A stretch of DNA of 64,000 nt from Chiloscyllium plagiosum. Its lineage: Eukaryota. The notes beneath the pieces were generated by a model, which did no database searches, was not told where the DNA came from, and saw nothing but the letters and a program-made list of their open reading frames with translations. The stretch spans positions 1,075,700-1,139,699 of the forward strand of contig NC_057720.1 of NCBI RefSeq assembly GCF_004010195.1. Direction: 5' to 3'. Shown one piece after another: positions 12,781-24,341 of the stretch (within the stretch, counting starts at the first letter, position 1; every line of letters begins with the position of its first letter). The position numbers and the translations under genes are program-made.

Positions 12781-13177
12781 ATTTCTTCAACAAGAGGGTG
12801 CTTAATCTGTGAAGCTCACTGCCACAGAGGGCCGTGGAGGAGAAGTCTTTGTGTCTTTAAGACAGAGATAGATAGGTTTTTGAATATCAAAGGGATCAAG
12901 GGATATGGGGAGAAGGCAGGAGAATGGGGTTGAGAAACGTATCACTCACGATGGTATGGTGGAGTAGATTGGATGGGGTCAGTGGCCAAATTCTGCTCCT
13001 ATATTTTTGCCCAGTTGAACATGAGTAATTCTCAGATGTGGAAAATGAGTTTTGAGGATAATACTGAACAAGTATGAAGGGCATTGACACGGAGGAGGGA
13101 TAGAATCATTAATCACATGACATCAAAGGTCACTTCACCTAATGAAGAGCTCTGAAAGCTTGTGATTTCAAATAAAT

Positions 13178-13690
13178 TGGAATGCTGCATGCAGTTCTGG
13201 TCTCCCACTTGAAAGGGTTCAGAAAAGATTTACAAGGATGTTGCCAGGGTTGGAGGGTTTGAGCTATAGGGAGAGGCTGAATAGGCTGGGGCTGGAGTGT
13301 CGGAGGCTGAGGGGTGACCTTACAGAGATTTATAAAATAGTGAGGGGCATTAATAGGATAAATAGACAAAGTCTTTTCCCTGGGATGGGGGAGTCCAGAA
13401 CTAGAGGGCATAGGTTTAGGGTGAGAGGGGAAAGATATAAAAGAGACCTAAGGGGAAACCTTTTCACGCAGAGGATGGTACGTGTATGGAACGAGCTGCC
13501 AGAGGATGTGGTGGTAGCTGGTACAATTGCAACATTTAAGAGGCATTTGGATGGGTATATGAGTAGGAAGGGTTTAGAGGGATATGGGTTAAATGCTAGC
13601 AAATGAGACTAGATTGGGTTAGGATATCTGGTCAGGATAGATGAGTTGGACCGAATGGTCTGTTTCTGTACTGTACATCGCTATGATTCT
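13178..13690 (+). mobile_element. CR1 3' fragment inserted into a family C hammerhead element (13136-13177 and 13691-13770)
   Basis: RMLPGLEGLSYRERL...FTQRMVRVWNELP. The flanks rejoin as gatttcaaataaa|cctgttggactataa. Confidence 0.8.
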
Positions 13691-14394
13691 AAACCTGTTG
13701 GACTATAATCTGGTGTCGCATGACTTCTGATTTTGCCCACCCCAGTCCAACACCAGCAACCACATATCATGGATAGAATCAGAGAGCCCTATAGCGTGGA
13801 AGCAGGCCATTCGGCCTATTGAGTCCACACGAACCCTCCGAAGCACATCCCACCCAGACACAACCCCCGACCCTAATCCTGATACCCTGCATTGCTCATG
13901 GCTGATCCAACTAACCTACACATTTCTGGATACTACAGGCAATTTAATGAGGCCAATCCAACTAACCTGGATAGCAGTACTTCCAAAATGTTTCCCCTGT
14001 TGTGGCCCTATTTTGAGGCTTGAAAACTGTTGTGATCCGTCAGTACTTTTACTGTTGGAGGGGAATATGGAAGGGGGACAGCCCCAACTTCACTTGTGGG
14101 GAAATCAGAAGACCAAAAATATAAAATAATTACTCATAAATCCAGTGAGGAGTTCTGGAGGAAGCTCAACGCAAGGAGAGTGGGGACAACATGGAACGCC
14201 CTCCTAAAGGGAATGGGCCAGGTGAATAATATCAGTTTATTGATATAGTTTCAGTACATTTAATGGTGTGTGGGATAGAGAAAGACACAGAACATGGTGA
14301 TGAGGTGGATGAAGTACCATAAGGAGCCATGAGGTCAAATGGCGTGGTCCTCTGCAGGGCGTCCTGCACACAGTCAGAGTGCCCTTCTCCTTAC

Positions 14395-14592
14395 CTTTGC
14401 TGGCAGGTGGGCTGGGCCGTTGGGAGCAGTGGTCGGCCGCAGTCTCCTGCCCCTCAAGCATCCATTCTTCTCTCGTTTGCGGGCTGCTGGTGGGACGGGG
14501 GTTACATAGTTATTGATCACTGGGAGACGGTAGGGAGACATCCCAGAGGGAAAATCCAAGGTGTGCCAATTCCTGATAGAGTCTCGGTCCAG
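14395..14592 (-). CDS. ERICH3: ERICH3 coding exon, 198 bp: LDRDSIRNWHTLDFPSGMSPYRLPVINNYVTPVPP...RRLRPTTAPNGPAHLPAK
   Basis: Acceptor ttttctggtag, donor GTAAGG, phase 0-0. The YRLPVINNY and RRLRPTTAPNG motifs match ERICH3. Confidence 0.92.
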
Positions 14593-15416
14593 CTACCAGA
14601 AAAAGAAAACCACGCAGCAAATCACAGCCAGGAAAACAGCTCCCCTTCATTCAGAACATCTTCCAACTGTTTTTACTCAATGTTAATCCAATAAACTCAG
14701 AAACATAGCAAACCATGTAGAGGGTAGGAATAAAATTTAGGAGGATGTCAACTGTCAGGGATATTGACAGATTCGGTTTAACATGGAGGAATGTTAATTG
14801 TTACATTAAGGGAGAGTAATGAATGAGCAACTTAAAGCAAATGTCACAGTTTTAAAATGGTCCAGAAACTGAGACACTAATGGCATAAAAATTAATGAGC
14901 CTGTTAAAGAGTATGTAGTATCAATACGGCTAGATAATACATCAGCAAGGAAATTGTGTCAAACCATTAATAATCACTCAAGCACTTCCAACGACACTAT
15001 GATGTCCAATCCTGGGTTCCGCTCTTTAGGAAGGATTATCAGGGATAATCATGGGTGTGGAGGGGATTTACTGGAATGGGAGCAGTGAACAAGGATTAGA
15101 TTAGATTCCCTACAGTGTGGAAACATTTGGCCCAATGAGGCCACACCAACCCTCCAAAGAGGAACCCACCCAGAGCCATTCTTCTACCCTATAATGCACC
15201 TAACACAATGGGCAATTTAGCATGGCCAATTCACCTGACCGGCACATCTTTGAAGAGACTGGAGAAGCTGGCATTACTCTCCTTAGAGCAGAGGTTAAAC
15301 AAAGTCTAGTACTTCCATAGCATCTTAGCTTTAAATTATTTTGAAAGTGAAGTAAATAGTTTAAACTGTAATCATTGTTGTAATATAAGAGTTACAGCAA
15401 CTAATTCTGTTTAGTG

Positions 15417-15986
15417 TTCCCTCAGCACTGACTGTCCAAAGATGCAGCACTCCCTCTGTACTGACCCTCTGACAGTGCAGCACTCCCTCAGCACTGACCC
15501 TCCCACAACGCAGCACTCCCTCAGCACTGACCCTCCCACAACGCGGCACTCCCTCAAGACTGACCTCCCACAACGCGGCACTCCCTCAGCACTGACCCTC
15601 CCACAACGCGGCACTCCCTCAGCATTGACCCTCCCACAACGCAGCACTCCCTCAGCACTGACCCTCCCACAACGCGGCACTCCCTCAGCACTGACCCTCC
15701 CATAACGTGGCACTCCCTCAGCATTGACCCTCCCACAATGCAGCACTCCCTCAGCACTGACCCTCCCACAACGCGGCACTCCCTCAACACTGACCTCCCA
15801 CAACGCAGCACTCCCTCAGCACTGACCCTCCCACAACGCGGCACTCCCTCAGCACTGACCCTTCCACAACGCGGCACTCCCTCAGCACTGACCCTCCCAC
15901 AATGTGGCCCTCCCTCAGCACTAACTCTCCAACAATGTGACGCTCCCTCAGTATTGACCCTCGGACAGTGCGGCGCTCCCTCAGCA
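15417..15986. repeat. 32-bp minisatellite (cactccctcagcactgaccctcccacaacgcgg-type unit), about 18 units
   Basis: Direct tandem units with no spacers. It produces the repetitive ORFs in the track. Confidence 0.95.
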
Positions 15987-16325
15987 CAGGGCCTGTACTG
16001 CGCTGTATTCTTCTATGTTCTATGGTTAGGTGGGCTTGGATCGGCGCAACATCGAGGGCCGAAGGGCCTGTACTGCGCTGTATTCTTCTAAGTTTCCAAC
16101 AGCACAACACTCAATCAGTAGCATTCTGGGAGTTTTGGCCTGGATTCTGTTGTCCTGTTTATGAAATTGGTGGATAGACTTGGCCTTCTGATTGGGGGAC
16201 AGGATGGTGACTGTCTGAGGCACAGTGTGGTCATGGATATTAACTGGATGCTGGGTAGACTCTCAGTGTGCTTCTGTGTTCCCTAAAGTAGCTCTTTGTA
16301 AAATATTATAAATCAGCATAAATAC

Positions 16326-16508
16326 CGCACGGAGATGCTTGGAGTTGATGTCCTCGGTCACGTCCAGGTGCTGCTCCTTGTGCCGGAGGTACGGAGAGGA
16401 CTGTGTTGTGATTGCTGTGGCTGCTGCTGCACCATTTGTTTGAAGGGGGAGGAGCCTGACCGGACGCTGTAGTTTCCCTGGGGCTGTGCTGGGCCGTGGT
16501 GATGAAGG
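16326..16508 (-). CDS. ERICH3: ERICH3 coding exon, 183 bp: PSSPRPSTAPGKLQRPVRLLPLQTN...DINSKHLRA
   Basis: Acceptor ggattatag, donor GTATTT, phase 0-0. PRPSTAPG..QRPVRLLPL matches ERICH3 PRPYTAPGNMQPPIRLQPL. Confidence 0.88.
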
Positions 16509-17496
16509 CTATAATCCAAACAGTAAATCACAGCCAATCAGCATGGTCCTGAAACACAACTGAGAGGGCAGCCCTTCATCTGAAATGATCACCTTGGCCA
16601 ACCCTTTCATCTCCTCCCATACCTTGGTCCAGCAGTTTAAGTACCCTCAATGGCTGAATTAACTTTCAAGAGATGATCTTTTGAATCACATTAAAGACCA
16701 ATGGGTATCCCTGTGAAATACCAACAGCAGCTAGCAATGCTCCAAAGCCCTAGTCATTGGAACAAGGGAAGCCATTCAGACCCTTTAGCTCCTGCTGTCA
16801 CCGTTTGATGAGATCATGGCTGATCGGAATCTTAAGTTTGTCTGCCCACCTGCAAACCATTAGCAGCAAAAACCTGTCCATCGCAGACTGAAAAGTTGTA
16901 TCGAGTTTGCATTGGCTACTGTGTGTGTCCAGGTCCTCGATCTTTAATACCCCTGTGCAGAGACCTGATGGTAAATACTGTACACAATACTCCAGATGTG
17001 GTCTCATCAGTGCTCTGTATAACTGAAGAATAACTGCTTTATTTTATATTCAATTCAACGAACACAAATGAGAACACTGTTAGCTTCCCTAATTGCTCAA
17101 TCCATATTCTAGTTTTTTTTAATGATTCATGCACAAGGACACAGAGTTCCTTCTGTCTCTCAAAGATCTAATACCTCAGTGCCTCACACAGATACTCAGC
17201 TTTTCATGGTTTTCCTGCTAAAATGGACAATTTCACATTTGCAGGCAGGATATTCCCTATGCCATTTTTTTTTCCACTCTCACAACCAATCTATATCCTG
17301 TTGTAGCTTTATGTCCTCATCACAACTTACTTCGCTGAGTATTTTTGTTCATCATTAAATCACTCGCCATACCTTTGGTTCCTTCATCCAAATCATTTAT
17401 ACAAATTGTGAAAAGCTGATACCAGCGGCACACCCACTCCTAACTGCCAACACGCTACTGTCTACATCATCACCGTCCTTTCAAATTTTTTTTTTT

Positions 17497-20400
17497 CCGG
17501 GCGGCAGTTGGAATGGGGGAAGCGACAGCCAGGACCAGAGGCCTGATGGGAAGATAAATTTAGAATAATATAAAGACTTACCTGGTATATAGGCAAACAC
17601 ACACTGAGCATGAGCAGACAAGGGACTGCTGGGTAAGTGAGGCTTTATATTTAGGCGGCTGATTTACCCAAACACTCCTCGGATTGTGTCTCCCACCCGT
17701 CCTCCTCCTTCAAATACAAAGATTCTGTACACCGGATTGATAAGGTGACTTATTTCCTTTTTTTAGTTTTTCAGCAGGCTCGTTGGGACTTTAGAACAGT
17801 GGGAATGGAGGTTAGGCCAGTTGCATGTTCCTCCTGCAGGATGTGGGAGGTAAGGGTCACCACAGGGTTCCTGCTGACTGCATCTGTGGGAAGTACACCC
17901 AACTCCAGCTCCTTGAGAACCCCGTTAGGGAGCTGGAGCTGGAGCTGGATCAACTTCAGATCATTCGGGAGGCAGAGGGGGTATGGGGGGGTTATTGAGA
18001 GGAGTTACAGGGAGGTAGTCACACCTCAGCTAAAAGAAGGTAGATGGGTTACTGTTAGGGTACAGAAAGGGAACAGACAGGCAGTGCAGGGATCCCCTGT
18101 GGCCGTTCCCCTCAATAACAAGTACACCGTTTTGGATACTGTCGGGGACAACTTACCAGGGGTAAGCCATAGACTGCAGGTCTCTGGCAGAGTCTGTCCC
18201 TTTTGTTCAGAAGGGAAGGGGGAAGAGGAGCAGAGCATTAGATACTGGAGTCTCTATTGTTAGGGAGACAGATAGGAGGTTCTGTGGGAATGAGACAGAC
18301 TCACGATTGTGGGTTGTCTCTCAGGTGCCAGGGTTTGTGATGTCTCTGATTGTATTTTCAGGATCCTTAAGGGGGAGGGGGAGCAGACACAAGTCGTGGT
18401 CCACACAGGCACCAACGACATAGGTAGGAAGAGAGATGGGGATTAAAGGCAGAAATTCAGGGAGTTGGGTGGAAGCTCGGAGCAGGACAAACAGAGTTGT
18501 TATCCCTGGTTTGTTGCCCGTGCCACGTGCTAGTGAAGCGAGGAATAGGGAGAGATAGGAGTTGAACACGTGGCTACAGGGATGATGTAGGAGGGTGGGT
18601 TTTGGATTCCTGCATAATTTGGGCTGTTTCTGGGGTAGGTGGGACCTCTAAAAACAGGATGGTCTTCACCTGAACCAGAGGGGTACCAATATCCTGGGGG
18701 AAAATTTGCTAATGTTCTTTGGAAGGATTCAAACTAATTCAGCAGTGGGATGGGAACCTAAATTATAATTCAACTATACAGGAGGTTGAGAGTAGTGAGG
18801 CTTCAAGGTTCAAGAAATAAGGTTTCAAGGTCGCAAGAGTACACCAGCAAGCAGAAAGGTGGTTTGAAGTGTGTCTACTTCAACGCCAGGAGCATCCGGA
18901 ATAAGGTGGGTGAATGTGCAGCATGGGGTGGTACCTGGGACTTTAATGTTGTGGCCATTTCAGAGACATGAATAAAGCAGGGACAGGAATGGTTGTTGCA
19001 GGTTCTGGGGTTTAGATGTTTCAGTAAGAACAGAGAAGATGGTAAAAGAGGGGGAGGGGTGGCATTATTAGTCAATGTATTACAGTGGCAGATAGGATAT
19101 TTGAGGACTCGTCTACTGAGGTAGTATGGGCTGAGGTTAGAAACAGGAAAGGAGAGGTCACCCTGCTGGGAGTTTTCTATAGGCCTCTGAATAGTTCCAG
19201 GGATGTCGAGGAAAGGATAGCAAAGATGATTTCCAATAGGAGTGAAAGTGACAGGGTAGTTGTTATGGGGGACTTCAACTTTCCAAATATTGATGGGGAA
19301 TACTGTAGTTTGAATGCTTTAGATGGATCAGTTTTTGACCAATGTGTGCAAGAGGGTTTCCTGACACAGCATGTAGACAGGTCAACAAGGGGCGAGGCCA
19401 CATTGGATTTGGCACTGGGGAATGAACCAGGCCAGGTGTTAGATTTGGAGGTAGGTGCTCATTTTGGTGATAGTGACCACAAGTCGGTTATGTTTATTTT
19501 AGTGATGGAAAGGGATAGGTATATAATGTAGGGCCAGACTTATAGCTGGGGGAAAGGCAATTTCAATGCAACTAGATAGGATTTAGGATGCATAGGATGG
19601 GGAAGGAAACTACAGGGAATGGGCACAATTGAAATGTGGAGCATATTCAAGGAACAGCTACTGCGTGTCCTTGATATGTACCTGTCAGGCAGGGAGGAAG
19701 CTGTCGAGCAAGGGAGCTGTGGTTTACTAAGGAAGTTGAATCTTTTGTCAAGAGGAAGGAGGAGGCTTATGTCAGGATGTGATGGCTCAGTTCCGACCAG
19801 GAAAGACCTAAAGAGAGAGCTAAGAGGAGCCAGGAGGGGTCATGAGAAGTCATTGACGAATAGGATCAAGGAAAACCCTGCGGGTTTCTATAGGTATATC
19901 AGGAATAAAAGAATGACGAGAGTATGTTTCGGGGTAATCAAGGATAGTATTAGGAACTTGAGTGCAGAGTCAGAGGAGATAGGAGAAGCGCTAAATGAAT
20001 ACTTTTCATCAGCATTCACACGTGAAAAAGACAATGTTGTCGAGGAGAATACGGAGATACAGGCTACTAGAGCAGATGGGACTAAGGTTCACCAGGAGGA
20101 GAGGTTAGCAATTCTGGAAAGTGGAAAAATAGATGAGCTCTCTGGGCCAGATGGGATTTATCCTCGGATTCTCTGGGAAGCCGGGAAGGAGATTGCTGAG
20201 CCTTTGGCTTGGATCTTTATGTCATCATTGTCTACAGGAATAGTGCCAGAAGACTGGAGGATAGCAAATGTGGTTCCCTTGTTCAAGGAGGGGAGTAGAG
20301 ACAACCCTGGTAATTACAGACCAGTGAGCCTTACTTCGGTTGTGGGTAAAGTGTTGGAAAAGGTTATAAGAGATAGGATTTCTAATCATCGAGAGAGGAA

Positions 20401-21655
20401 TAAGTTGATGAGGGATAGTCAACACAGTTATGTGAAGGGTAGGTGGTGCCTCACAAACCTTATTGAGTTCTTTGAGAAGGTGACCAAACAGGTGGATGAG
20501 GGTAAAACAATTGATGTGGTGTATATGGATTTCAGTAAGGCATTTGATAAGGTTCCCCATGGTAGGCTATTGCACAAAATACAGAGACAAGGGATTGAGG
20601 GGGACTTAGCAGTTTGGATTAAAAATTGGCTAGCTGAAAGACGACAGAGGGTGGTGGTTGATGGGAAATGATCATCCTGGAGTTCAGTTACCAGTGGGGT
20701 ACAGCAAGGACCTGTTTTGGGGCCACTGCTGTTTGTCATTGTTATAAACGACCTGGCGTAGAAGGATGGGTTAGTAAATTTGCAGATCACACTAAGGTCA
20801 GTAGAGTTGTGGACAGTGCTGAAGGATGTTGTAGGGTTACAGAGGGACATAGGTAAGCTGCAGAGCTGGGCTGAGAGGTGACAAATGGAGTTTAATGTGG
20901 AAAAGTTTGAGGTAGTTCACTTTGGAAGAAACAACAGGAATGCAGAGTACTGAGGTAATGGTAAGATTCTTGGTAGTGTAGATGAGCAGATGGTGTCCAG
21001 GTATATAGATCTCTGAAAGCTGCCATCCAGTTTGACAGGGTTGTTAAGAAAGCATACATTATTTTAGCTTTTATTGATAGAGGGACTGAGTTCTGGAGCC
21101 ATAAGATCATGCTGCAGCTGTACAAAACTCTGGTGCGGCCGCACTTGGAGTATTGTGTACAGTTCTGGTCACCGCATTATAGGAAGGATGTGGAAGCTTT
21201 GGAAAGGGTTCAGAGGAGATTTACCAGGATGTTGCCTGGTCTGGAGGGAAGGTCTTATGAGGAATGTCTGAGGGACTTGAGGCTGTTTTCGTTAGAGAGA
21301 AGAAGGTTGAGAGGTGACTTAATAGAGACATAAAGATAATCAGAGGGTTAGATAGGGTGGACAGTGAGAGCCTTTTTCCTCGGATGGCGATGGCTAGCAC
21401 GAGGGGACATAGCTTTAAACTGAGGGATGGTCGGTATAGGACAGATGTCAGAGATAGTTTCTTTACTCAGAGAGTAGTATTGGATGTTTTGCCTGTAACA
21501 GTAGACTCGTCAACTTTAAGGGCATTTAAATGGTCATTGGATAAATACACAAATGATAATGGAATAGTGTAGGCTAGATGGACTTCAGATTCATTTCACT
21601 GGTCGGTGCAGCATCGATGGCCGAAGGGCCTGTACTGCGCTGTAATGTTCTATAT
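17497..21655 (+). mobile_element. Near full-length CR1 LINE: ORF1 (Cys motif plus SGNH esterase) and ORF2 (APE endonuclease plus RT), inactivated
   Basis: ORF1: VACSSCRMWE, VVVHTGTND, DGLHLN. ORF2: CVYFNARSI, VVMGDFNFP, SDH, NYRPVSLTS, YMDFSKAFDKVPH, LEYCVQFWSP. Stops and frameshifts are present. Confidence 0.93.
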
Positions 21656-22022
21656 TGTATGAGCTTATCTTTCAGCATTAACACTCTCAAATGCCTGTTA
21701 ATTTCAGTGCAGTACATCCACCAGTTCCAATTTATCCACAGTGCATGTAACTCTAATAAATTGATTAAACATAATTTCTCTTTCACAAAACCGTGTTGAT
21801 GGTGTTTGATTATCAGAATGGTTCCCAGTGCCCTGCTATCATACTTGGCAGTTGGTTAGCTCAGCTGGCTGGATAGTTTGCTTGCGATACAAAGCAGCAG
21901 CAACACTGAGGGTTCAATTCCTGCACCAGAATTCCTGCAGAGCAACACTTTTCAAGTATTCACACCCGACAGTCCATACCAAAACTGAAGGATCCACTGG
22001 TTTCTTACAGTCCAAGCCGAGA

Positions 22023-22835
22023 CATAGAACATAGAACAATACAGCACAGAACAGGCCCTTTGGCCCACGATGTTGTGCCGAACATTTGTCCTAGCTTATG
22101 ATTCCGCCAATGATACCAATCCCACGGGCAGCGCATTCCATGCCCGCACCAGTCTCTGGGTAAAGAACCCACCCCTGCCATCTCCCCTATACCTTCCACC
22201 CTTCACCTTAAATTTATGTCCCCTTGTAACACTCTGTTGCACCCGGGGAAAAAGTTTTTGACTGTCTACTCTATCTATTCCCCTGATCATCTTATAAACC
22301 TCTATCAAGTCACCCCTCATCCTTCGCCGTTCCAATGAGAAAAGGCCTAGCACTCTCAACCTATCCTCGTACGACCTATTCTCCATTCCAGGCAACATCC
22401 TGGTAAATCTCCTCTGCACCCTCTCCAAAGCTTCCACACCTTTCCTAAAGTGAGGCGACCAGAACTGCACACAGTACTCCAAATGTGACCTAATCAAAGT
22501 CCTGTACAGTTGCAACATCACTTCACGACTCTTGAATTCAATCCCTCTGCTAATGAACGATAATACTCCATAGACCTTCTTACAAACTCTATCCACCTGA
22601 GTGGCAACCTTCAAAGATCTATGTACATAGACCCCAAGATCCCTCTGTTCCTCCACCTGACGAAGAACCCTACCATTAACCCTGTATTCCGCATTCTTAT
22701 TTGTCCTTCCAAAATGGACAACCTCACACTAGGCAGGGTTGAACTCCATCTGCCACTCCTCAGCCCAGCTCTGCATCATATCTAAGTCCCTCTGCAGCCG
22801 ACAACAGCCCTCCTCACTGTCCACAACTCCACCTA
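22023..22835 (-). mobile_element. Young CR1 3' fragment
   Basis: Open 186-aa RT C-terminus and a (gttctat)n tail. Confidence 0.9.
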
Positions 22836-22839
22836 TCTG

Positions 22840-23266
22840 TCTGTATTTTTAGCTCTGCTAAGTCGATTGATTTACAGTAGAAAGATGAGGAGTTAAAAAG
22901 TTATCTCAAAAGATATTTAACAAGAAAGAAAATGAATGCATTTCTGTATGTTATTACTTAACAAATGATGTTTTAATGCGGATATGGAGATCAGCACACA
23001 CTGAAGCAGGTCAGACGTGGACAGAAATTCATCAAATTGTTTTGCCTGTTGGGTGTAGAAAGGAGGTGCTGCGAGTGACACATGAGCGACCACCTGGAGA
23101 TCATTTCGGGGTGAGGACAATACAGGCTGAAATACAAAGCTATTTTCATTGGCCTGGACTACACAAAGATGTAGTTGAATATTGCCAGACATCTCAAACA
23201 TGTCACACAGGCAGTAATAAAACCTGCAACTTTAATACCGATTCCAGCATTTGAGGAACCTTTCCT
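22840..23266 (+). mobile_element. Gypsy-type LTR retrotransposon fragment (integrase zinc-binding region)
   Basis: QIVLPVGCRKEVLRVTHE..GDHFGV..FHWPGLHKDVVEYCQTSQTC (HHCC-like), followed by PIPAFEEPF. Confidence 0.75.
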
Positions 23267-23652
23267 NNNNNNNNNNNNNNNNNNNNNNNNNNNNNNNNNN
23301 NNNNNNNNNNNNNNNNNNNNNNNNNNNNNNNNNNNNNNNNNNNNNNNNNNNNNNNNNNNNNNNNNNNNNNNNNNNNNNNNNNNNNNNNNNNNNNNNNNNN
23401 NNNNNNNNNNNNNNNNNNNNNNNNNNNNNNNNNNNNNNNNNNNNNNNNNNNNNNNNNNNNNNNNNNNNNNNNNNNNNNNNNNNNNNNNNNNNNNNNNNNN
23501 NNNNNNNNNNNNNNNNNNNNNNNNNNNNNNNNNNNNNNNNNNNNNNNNNNNNNNNNNNNNNNNNNNNNNNNNNNNNNNNNNNNNNNNNNNNNNNNNNNNN
23601 NNNNNNNNNNNNNNNNNNNNNNNNNNNNNNNNNNNNNNNNNNNNNNNNNNNN
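23267..23652. other. Assembly gap (other gaps at 36899-37219, 50236-50290 and 59680-60085)
   Basis: Runs of N. Confidence 1.
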
Positions 23653-23990
23653 TTTCCATTACTTTGCCTCCCACCGAAGTAAGACTAACTGGCCTGTAAT
23701 TCCCGGGGTTATCCCTATTCCCTTTTTTGAACAGGGGCACAACATTCGTCACTCTCCAGTCCCCTGGTACCACCCCCGTTGACAGTGAAGATGAAAAGAT
23801 CATTGCCAACGGCTCTGCAATTTCCTCTCTTGCTTCCCACATAATCTAAGGATATATCCCGTCAGGCCTGGGGGACTTGTCTATCCTCAAGTTATTCAAA
23901 ATGTCCAACACATCTTCCTTCATAACAAGTATCTCCTCTAGCTTATCAGTCCGTTTCACACTCTCCTCTTCAACAATACGGTCCCTCTGT
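23653..23990 (-). mobile_element. CR1 ORF2 internal fragment next to the gap
   Basis: EIAEPLA...DWRVTNVVPLFKKGNRDNPGNYRPVSLTS. Confidence 0.85.
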
Positions 23991-24341
23991 ATCAGCTCAA
24001 AGATAAACCATCAGGGAAGGATCTTGCCACTGATGCTGAAGCCCAATTAGTATCGTCCTGCTTCAGACCTGAACATGACTTGCATTGCCACAGTGATACT
24101 GGGCCTAAAAACAAGGTCAGGCCATTGTTGTAGCTACTGTCAGTTCTTCTGTGACGTGATGGTTGAAATCTTGTGCGATCCAGTTTATAGAAAAATCACG
24201 CTTTAGAAACAGCGCTTAAAAGTGTTGGCGATGTAATCACGTTACAACCAACACACATTTTAAACGTTTGCACTTTACAAATAGCATCCCCAATTTGTCA
24301 ATTGCATTATAGCAAATTTGCATTGAGGAAATGCCCCTTAT

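Noticed and set aside
15417..15986. CRISPR-like array of 32-bp repeats, and the Cys/Arg/Gly-rich ORFs over it
   Set aside because: Units are contiguous with no unique spacers, there are no cas genes, and the context is a vertebrate intron. The ORFs are by-products of the repeat.
19619..20671. Functional reverse transcriptase gene
   Set aside because: It is part of a CR1 copy with multiple stops and frameshifts. No intact autonomous element is present in the window.
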